A stretch of DNA of 40,500 nt from Chloroflexota bacterium (lineage in GTDB: Bacteria; Chloroflexota; UBA11872). Position 1 is the first letter of the stretch. The number at the start of each line of letters is the position of its first letter. Of this stretch, positions 17,901 through 24,519 are shown piece after piece. The stretch covers positions 1-40,500 of the forward strand of contig VXPS01000262.1 of the NCBI GenBank assembly GCA_009839425.1, written 5' to 3'. The notes under the pieces were generated by a model. It was given only the letters and a program-made list of their open reading frames with translations. It searched no databases and was not told the DNA's origin. The translations under genes and the position numbers were made by a program.

Positions 17901-20252
17901 ATGAGCTTCAAGTTTGCGGCCCGCACGATCCTGGAGCTTGGCAAGGAACTGATCAGCTCCGACGAGGTGGCGCTCTACGAGTTGATCAAGAACGCGGTCG
18001 ACGCCGGGTCGCCACGCATCGAAATTGCCGTGCACAACCTGCTGGGTGGATCCCGATACCGTGAAGCAGTCGAGCGCCTCACGGAAGAAGGCCAGAGCCG
18101 GTCCGAGGTTCTGAAGTTCGTCCGCGCGGGACTGGTCGATTCGGACAGACCGGTTTCCGAGGAACTCCTGGCCAGTCTCAAGAAATGTTCGGGCAACAGG
18201 AGTTTCCTGCAAACGCTCCGGTCATTCCATGACGACGTGAACTACATCGAGATCCGGGATACCGGACATGGAATGAGTCTGGACGAGTTGAAGGACGTCT
18301 TTCTCCGGATCGGGACGTACTCCCGCCGGAACGAAAATCTGAAGGGCGCGCAACACCTGGGAGACAAGGGCATCGGGCGTCTTTCGGCAATGCGGCTGGG
18401 CGATCGTTTACGGGTCACCACCACGAAGCGCGGCGAGCAATACTGGAACCTGCTGGACATCGACTGGGCACTGTTCGCGGGCGATGAGGATGTCGATGCA
18501 GACTCCATCAGCCTTGAACCCGAACTTGGGGACGAGAAGATCGACCGCGACAAGCAGGGAACGGTCGTCCGCATTTCGGCGCTGCGGGGCGATTGGGACA
18601 AAGAGCGGTTTACGGACATGCTGCAGGGCAAGGTTGCCCGGATGGTCGATCCGTTCATCCGTGGTAACGCCAACCGTCTGATCGTTGCCAGGCACAATGG
18701 TACGCGAGTGCAAGTGCCGTCCATTCGAGCAACGCTGCTCCGAGCCGCGCATGCCGTCTGCCATGTGGAGTTTCGCATGGAGGATGACACGCCGGTCATC
18801 GAAGGCGAGATCAACTACCGGCTTCGGCATCGGAAGCGGCGGATCGATGCCCAAGGCCCCGAGCTCTACTCACTCACGCAGGAAGCGGTCAAGCGGCGGG
18901 CAAAACGGGGACACGCCGCGTTCAGATTGATCCCGATACGGCCAGCTGCCCTGAAACGCTTGGATCATTTCAAGTGCGACATTTACTGGTTCAACCGCAA
19001 TGCGTTAGTGGGCGTCGAGGGCCTCAGCGAGGGACGGGACGAAACCCGGAAGCAGATCTCATACTGGAGCGGTGGCCCGATGCTCTATCGGTACGGGTAC
19101 CGCATCCTGCCCTACGGGGATCTTGATGATGACTGGCTGGGACTGGACGAAGCAGCTTTCGGGGCCAGCGGGTTCAAGCTCAATCGTCAGCAGGTGATCG
19201 GGCGGGTGCGCATCGACACACCCCACAGCGCATTGAGTGAGAAGACCGACCGCGAGGGCCTGATCGACTCCGACACATTCAACGCGCTGCAGAAGATCCT
19301 GATTTGGATCGTGCATACGGAAATGCGCGGGTTGATCAACCTGGCTGACAAACTGGAACAGGACAAGGGACGTGAGGCCGATCTGGACACGCAGACCGTC
19401 GCGAAAATGCGTGCCCGAGTCGAAGCGGCACTTCAGCGCCTGTGTGAACAGGTTGGTGATTCGTCTGCCGCCGAAATCAAGTCCCTCTCACGCAGCGTAG
19501 AGAGCCTTGCGAAGCACTCCCAGGATCTCGTCGAACGGATCGACGGCGTCATCAAAGAGGCTGATCAAGAGCGTGAAAAATACGTCTACCTTGCGGGCAT
19601 CGGCCTGATGACCGAGTTCATCTTCCATGAACTCGAGAGGGCAGTTTCCCATGCAATGGAGGCCGTGTCCGGCCGCACACTAAGACAGTCGACGATCGAA
19701 TCCCTGCGCGAACAGCTGAAGACGCTGCACAAGCGAATCGCTGCGTTCGATGAGCTCACGACCGAGAAACGGCAAAGGAAGTCGACTGTTGACCTCGCCG
19801 AAGTTGTCGACCTCACCCTGGAGAATCACATTCGCAAATTCGAGCGACACGGAATCGTCGCAAGTGTCGAACCGCCAGACCGTTCCTTCAAGGTGAAGGC
19901 TGTGCGCGGAATGGTCATCCAGATCCTTGAGAACCTCATCGTCAATGCGGCCTATTGGCTCAAGGAGCAGAGACAGTTCGAAACCGACTTTAGGCCGACA
20001 TTGAAAGTGAGCCTCGATGCCGATGCCAAGACGGTGACGGTGGAGGACAATGGCCCGGGAGTGATCGTCGACCGGCGCGAGCATATCTTTCAGCCCTTTA
20101 TTTCATTGAAGCCGTCTGGGCTCGGTCGAGGTCTCGGGCTGTACATCTCCCGTGAGATGGCCGAATATCACGGTTGGAAGCTTCGCATGACCGAGGACGT
20201 CGGCCGTGTGCGTGACGGGCGATTGAACGCGTTTGTGCTTGATATGGGGTAA
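17901..20252 (+). CDS. Dual GHKL protein: N-terminal Hsp90/MORC-type ATPase module plus C-terminal histidine-kinase core (H-box + HATPase_c)
   Basis: N-terminal module: YELIKNAVDAG (N-box), IRDTGHGMS (G1), GDKGIGRLSAMRLG (G2). C-terminal module: FIFHELERAV (H-box-like), ILENLIVNAAYW (N), VEDNGPGV (G1), IFQPF (F), GLGRGLGLYISRE (G2). Starts 10 nt after sspD. Confidence 0.8.
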   Translation: MSFKFAARTILELGKELISSDEVALYELIKNAVDAGSPRIEIAVHNLLGGSRYREAVERLTEEGQSRSEVLKFVRAGLVDSDRPVSEELLASLKKCSGNRSFLQTLRSFHDDVNYIEIRDTGHGMSLDELKDVFLRIGTYSRRNENLKGAQHLGDKGIGRLSAMRLGDRLRVTTTKRGEQYWNLLDIDWALFAGDEDVDADSISLEPELGDEKIDRDKQGTVVRISALRGDWDKERFTDMLQGKVARMVDPFIRGNANRLIVARHNGTRVQVPSIRATLLRAAHAVCHVEFRMEDDTPVIEGEINYRLRHRKRRIDAQGPELYSLTQEAVKRRAKRGHAAFRLIPIRPAALKRLDHFKCDIYWFNRNALVGVEGLSEGRDETRKQISYWSGGPMLYRYGYRILPYGDLDDDWLGLDEAAFGASGFKLNRQQVIGRVRIDTPHSALSEKTDREGLIDSDTFNALQKILIWIVHTEMRGLINLADKLEQDKGREADLDTQTVAKMRARVEAALQRLCEQVGDSSAAEIKSLSRSVESLAKHSQDLVERIDGVIKEADQEREKYVYLAGIGLMTEFIFHELERAVSHAMEAVSGRTLRQSTIESLREQLKTLHKRIAAFDELTTEKRQRKSTVDLAEVVDLTLENHIRKFERHGIVASVEPPDRSFKVKAVRGMVIQILENLIVNAAYWLKEQRQFETDFRPTLKVSLDADAKTVTVEDNGPGVIVDRREHIFQPFISLKPSGLGRGLGLYISREMAEYHGWKLRMTEDVGRVRDGRLNAFVLDMG

Positions 20253-20254
20253 CG

Positions 20255-22201
20255 ATGGACCACGCCAAGCGTATCATTCAGGCATTCAAGTCGAACGAGA
20301 TCCAGAGAATTCTGCTGGTCGATGACGCGTATGATCCCCCGGATCTCGATGAAGATGTCACGGCGCCGGTGGCCGATTTTCTGTTAACGGAGGAGGGTCT
20401 AGCAGCCTGCGAAGACTGCGGAATCGAACCAGATACACGTGAGCGAGCAGCCAGTGCCGCGGAGGCAGGGGATCCCACCAACCCGGCACTTGTGGAAATG
20501 TATCATGCCCTCTACGCAAGGTTTACCGAAACCGGCGAGGAGCGGTTTGATCCTGGTGAACGGTTTCGCCTTATCAAGGAAGGCGCGCTGAAGGATCTTC
20601 ACCCGCTACGCGCTTTCCTGGGACAGTGCGGTGACGGTATACAAGTGCGGACGGTTGGCCTGGACAACGCCCCGGCCTGCTTCGGAGAGTTTCGACCGCA
20701 AGTCTTGTTTCTTGACTACTACCTGAGCGACGATGTTCCCCCCACGGGCGACGTGAGCGAAGGCAAGAAGGAACAGGCAAGGAAAGCATCGCTCGATCTG
20801 CTGCGACAGTTGGTGGAAACCAAAGACATCGATGGCATTCCGGCGATCGTGCTCATGTCCTCCCGGGAAATAGCTGACGTCAACAGTTACCGGCACGATC
20901 TGGGAGAGCCGCACGTCCTCGCCCTCCGGTTTCACTTCCTGCAAAAGCGATCGATCCTGTACAAGGATGGCAAACTCGTCCCGGAGCTGGATGCCGTCAA
21001 TGCGCTTCTGAATACAAGTCAGGGCTACCTGTTCCGCCAGCAGGTTCAGCACGCGCTCGCACAATGGAAAAATGGTGCGGAAGATGCGCTTCGCGCATTC
21101 ATGGAAAATGTCAGCGATCTGGAAACGAAAGATTTTGCCTACCTCCTGCGTTTCCGGCTTCGCGAGGACGGACAGACGCTGGGCGACTATTTGGACTGGT
21201 TTTTTGGTGAATGCCTGAAAGGCTTCGTCGAGGAGAAGGTCGACTGGCAACACAGTTCGTTCGCGTCCCTCAATGCAGACGGGCGCCCTGAGCAGGGAAT
21301 CGAAGGTGCCTTCGAAGGACCATCCCCCACTATCGCAAGGTTGTTTCACCGCGTGCGGGTGACAAGCCGTCGGGGACACCCGGGGATGGATTATCGACTG
21401 GGCGATCTATTTGCCGAGCGCAGGACGAACCGCATTTGCACAGTGATCACGCCAGATTGCGACCTCGTACAACGAAACGGCCCACCGAAAGCCGAAAGCG
21501 TCCTCACCATGAGGGGCACCGTCAAGTCGTTCGATGATGAGAACAGTTCCGCTGACGACTTCCTGCTCCTGAAGGACGGGCTCTGCAGTGTTCGGTGGGA
21601 TCCGAAAGACCTGCAGACCTTTCCCTACAGCGGGCGGGGGGCGCTGGCCACCCACTACAGGTTCAAGTTTCTCGGTACTTTGCGTCCACTCTATGCGCAA
21701 GAGATTCAGCGACGGGCGCTGACGGATCTTGCCCGTGTTGGCCTGCCGGTCGCTCCGGCATTTGGAATCAACACTCCCGCCAGCGTCTGGGTGCGGGAGG
21801 CGGGACGACACTTCACCGAGATACACCTGTCGAGTCAGGCAATTGCAACCATGGTTCCGCCTCGGACAGGAGAACACCAGGTTGCCAAGTTCGTGCTCCG
21901 GCGCAGGTTTCTTGATGAAATGATCACCAAATTGAGCCAGATAGCACCGGATTCCATGTCCAGCGGAGATCATGGCTCGCTCCGCGCGCTTCAAACGGAA
22001 GATGCACTTGAGAAGCTGTATGCCACGTTTCTGATCGACGGCGGCCGGATTGGCGACAACTGTTACGGGATCGGGCTCACCATGGGAACAGAGCCCCGCC
22101 AAGGAAAAAAGGCAAATTGGCTGCAGATTGTCCTCGGAACCCCCGCCGACGTGATGGAAACAATCGTTACCTTCGATCCCATCACGAATGCATCCGGTTA
22201 G
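20255..22201 (+). CDS. Receiver (REC)-like N-terminal domain protein with a large uncharacterised C-terminal domain
   Basis: RILLVDDAYD (acidic pocket), VLFLDYYLSDD (candidate phospho-Asp), AIVLMSS and FLQKR in REC-like order, with an insertion of about 110 aa after strand 1. The C-terminal 400 aa have no motif I recognise. Start is 2 nt after the upstream stop. Confidence 0.65.
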   Translation: MDHAKRIIQAFKSNEIQRILLVDDAYDPPDLDEDVTAPVADFLLTEEGLAACEDCGIEPDTRERAASAAEAGDPTNPALVEMYHALYARFTETGEERFDPGERFRLIKEGALKDLHPLRAFLGQCGDGIQVRTVGLDNAPACFGEFRPQVLFLDYYLSDDVPPTGDVSEGKKEQARKASLDLLRQLVETKDIDGIPAIVLMSSREIADVNSYRHDLGEPHVLALRFHFLQKRSILYKDGKLVPELDAVNALLNTSQGYLFRQQVQHALAQWKNGAEDALRAFMENVSDLETKDFAYLLRFRLREDGQTLGDYLDWFFGECLKGFVEEKVDWQHSSFASLNADGRPEQGIEGAFEGPSPTIARLFHRVRVTSRRGHPGMDYRLGDLFAERRTNRICTVITPDCDLVQRNGPPKAESVLTMRGTVKSFDDENSSADDFLLLKDGLCSVRWDPKDLQTFPYSGRGALATHYRFKFLGTLRPLYAQEIQRRALTDLARVGLPVAPAFGINTPASVWVREAGRHFTEIHLSSQAIATMVPPRTGEHQVAKFVLRRRFLDEMITKLSQIAPDSMSSGDHGSLRALQTEDALEKLYATFLIDGGRIGDNCYGIGLTMGTEPRQGKKANWLQIVLGTPADVMETIVTFDPITNASG

Positions 22202-22637
22202 CAGCCCGTAAGCCCGGCTACCGGTTCTGCGACCCCGAGATGGCTCGACGCGAGAAGCCCTTCGCATCCAGGTGTTCGCGCTGATCGATCACACCCGGAC
22301 CGCGCCAGGAAACAGCCTTGCCGCTGGCCAGCGGGCCTGCCAGAGGACGCTGTACAGCGCCTCGATCGACGGGGTCGGCCCGCACGCCGCGACCACGTCC
22401 CCACCTGTCCCAGCACGCCTTGAGGGTCGCCGCTTCTTTCGAGACGCGCAGCCAAGGCCCGCAGCCCTGCCCGTCTTGCGGTATCCAACGCTTCCTTCGA
22501 GATCCCGTGTATGTCGGCCGCTTCCGCTGCATGAACCAGCGCGGCCGCCTGCTCCGCATACCAGAGGCGGCGCGCTGCCTCCGAGCTCGGATCGGATCGC
22601 CCGAGCACCAAAGGCGGGCCGGCGAGGTCGCGGCCGC

Positions 22638-23318
22638 GAACGAGCCGTTGAACGACTCGATGAAGGCGTTGTCGGTGGGCTTGCCCGGCCTTGAGAAGTC
22701 GAGTGTCACGCCGTTGAGCCAGGCCCACAGATCAAGCGCCTTGCTGATGAACTCGGGCCCGTTGTCGAGGCGGATCGTCTTCGGTGTGCCGTAGACGCGA
22801 GTGACCCGCTCCAGTGTCTCGACCACGTCCGTGCCGCGGTAGTGCGGCCGCACGTCGATCGCCGGCGAGAGCCGGCTGTAGGCATCGACGATGGTGAGGA
22901 TGCGGATCCTGCGCCCGTTGAACAGCTGGTCCGAGAGGAAGTCCATCGCCCACACCTGGTTCGGCGCTGCGGGCGGAGAGCGGTCCCCGCGAAGCTTCGC
23001 CGCGACCCGGCGCTTGGGCGTCTTATGGCGCAGTTGCAGGCCTTCCTCGGTGTAGAGCCGGTAGATCCGCTTCACGTTCACCTGCCAGCCTTCGCGTCGC
23101 AGGAGCACGTGGATCCGGCGATACCCGTAGCGTACCCGGGTCTCGGCGATCTCGCGGATGCGCTGGCTCAGGACCGCCTGCGATGGCCGGCGGGCGGCGT
23201 AGTGGTAGCTCGACCGGCCGGCTCCCAGCACCGCGCATACGCGCCGGATGCTCACCTGCCAGACCTCCCGAGTCTCGTCGACCAGCTCCCGCCGCCGCGC
23301 CGGCCCTAGAGCTTTTTT
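22638..23318 (-). pseudogene. IS3-family transposase OrfB (rve/DDE), C-terminal part missing or scrambled
   Basis: WAMDF, TIVDAYSR, LDNGPEF and KPTDNAFIESFNG motifs are present. After FNGSF, none of the three frames shows the expected ECLN...WF...RPH tail. Confidence 0.7.
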
Positions 23319-23623
23319 CGCACCACCTCCTGGAGCATCTCCTTGTCGAGACTCAGGTCCGCCACCAGCCGCTTCAGGCGCTGGTTCTCCTCCTCGAGCT
23401 GCTTGAGACGCTTCATCTCGGAGGGCATCAGCCCGCCGTACTTCTTGCGCCATCGGTAATACGTCTGCGCGGAGATCCCCGCCTTCCGGCAGACCTCCTC
23501 GACCCGCGTCCCTTCCTCCGCCTGGCGCAGGATGAACGCAATCTGCTGCTCGCTGAACTTCGACCGTTTCATGGCCTCTTCCCCACTGGGTCCATGAAAA
23601 CCTATCCGAGAATTCTCTCGCAA
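23306..23623 (-). CDS. IS3-family transposase OrfA (HTH + leucine zipper)
   Basis: MKRSKFSEQQIAFILRQAEEGTRVEEVCRKAGISAQTYYRWRKKYGGLMPSEMKRLKQLEEENQRLKRLVADLSLDKEMLQ is a textbook IS3/IS407 OrfA. Confidence 0.88.
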   Translation of the reverse strand: MRENSRIGFHGPSGEEAMKRSKFSEQQIAFILRQAEEGTRVEEVCRKAGISAQTYYRWRKKYGGLMPSEMKRLKQLEEENQRLKRLVADLSLDKEMLQEVVRKKL

Positions 23624-23653
23624 TCAGTGGTCCAACTTCCGGGGAGCAGGTCA

Positions 23654-24290
23654 GCGCGGGCGCGAGCCTACGCGCACTCGACTTGTTCTCGGGCTGCGGC
23701 GGATTGTCGCTCGGGTTTCATGCCGCCGGCTTTGACATCGCGGCCGCGATGGACGTCGACCCGGTGGCAGCGGCATCCCACGGCACCAACTTTCATCCCG
23801 GCTTCCCGAAGCATGCTCAGGGCCGGGACTTGACCGTGATCACGCCCTGTCGCCTTGCGCGCGAATTGGATGTGGGTGACGTCGCGGGGGCTTTCGAAGT
23901 GGTCGTTGGGGACCCGCCTTGCCAGGCGTTCGCACGTGTCGGCAGATCGAAGCTGCGGGCGGTCGATGCCGATCCGGACGCGTTCCGGGCCGACCCGCGG
24001 GCCAGACTGAACGCCCCCTACCTGAGGTACGTGGAGTCGTGTCTTCCTCTGACCGTTCTGATAGAAAACGTACCGGACGTCATGAATTTCAGGGGACGAA
24101 ACGTTGCGGAGCAGATCTGCGCCGCATTGGAGAGCCTCGGCTATGTCTGCGCCTATACGCTGCTCAATGCGGCGTTCTAGGGTGGCTGCCCGCAGCGACC
24201 ATGTCCGGCTGTCCGGGCATTCGAAGCGCACCGTACAAGAATAGAACACCGGGCGCGCCGCGCGCATGCCCGGGCTGACCAATTTGCAAC
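23654..24290 (+). pseudogene. DNA (cytosine-5) methyltransferase remnant, 5' end cut by the IS and interrupted by an in-frame stop
   Basis: Motif I LDLFSGCGGLSLGF begins 10 codons after the IS terminus with no start codon. Motif IV GDPPCQAF and ENV motif LIENVPD are present. TAG at 24178 sits where LNAA(D/F)YGVPQ is expected (reads LNAAF*GGCPQR), and the frame then degrades. Confidence 0.78.
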
Positions 24291-24296
24291 CTGATT

Positions 24297-24410
24297 CCGG
24301 CTTCACGCCTCTCGAGTACTTGATACGTGATGTCTCAAGTCGAACAATACCGTTGGACCCGTTCTGTTCTGACCGGGTCTGACGCCACCGTAAGGGAGGC
24401 GTGAAGCCGG
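24297..24410. repeat. Perfect 15-bp inverted repeat (CCGGCTTCACGCCTC / GAGGCGTGAAGCCGG) enclosing 84 nt
   Basis: Arms at 24297-24311 and 24396-24410. The loop contains a nested ACTTGA/TCAAGT pair. Lies between the dcm remnant and tniA. Confidence 0.6.
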
Positions 24411-24519
24411 GGTTGAGTTCGTAGCACCGAACCCGACCAGCACACCGGACCCACCTTTAACCGACGATCCGGCATGACAACTCTACCCGCAGTGGCATGC
24501 CGTTTCAACGAGGAAACGA

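Larger units (their letters stand above)
22638..23653 (-). mobile_element. IS3-family (IS407-group-like) insertion sequence, truncated at the transposase 3' end
   Basis: Outer terminus TGACCTGCTCCCCGGAAGTTGGACC (reverse complement of 23629-23653). orfA plus orfB with an A AAA AAG slippery heptamer (23312-23318). DDE region recognisable down to KPTDNAFIESFNGSF (about 22638). No second inverted repeat found. Confidence 0.85.

Noticed and set aside
22218-22638. The 3' 420 nt of the long ORF that contains the IS3 OrfB domain, and the overlapping 176-aa ORF 22198-22728.
   Set aside because: None of the three minus-strand frames shows the expected IS3 C-terminal motifs or any other family signature. 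I treat the region as unassigned DNA rather than calling a CDS.
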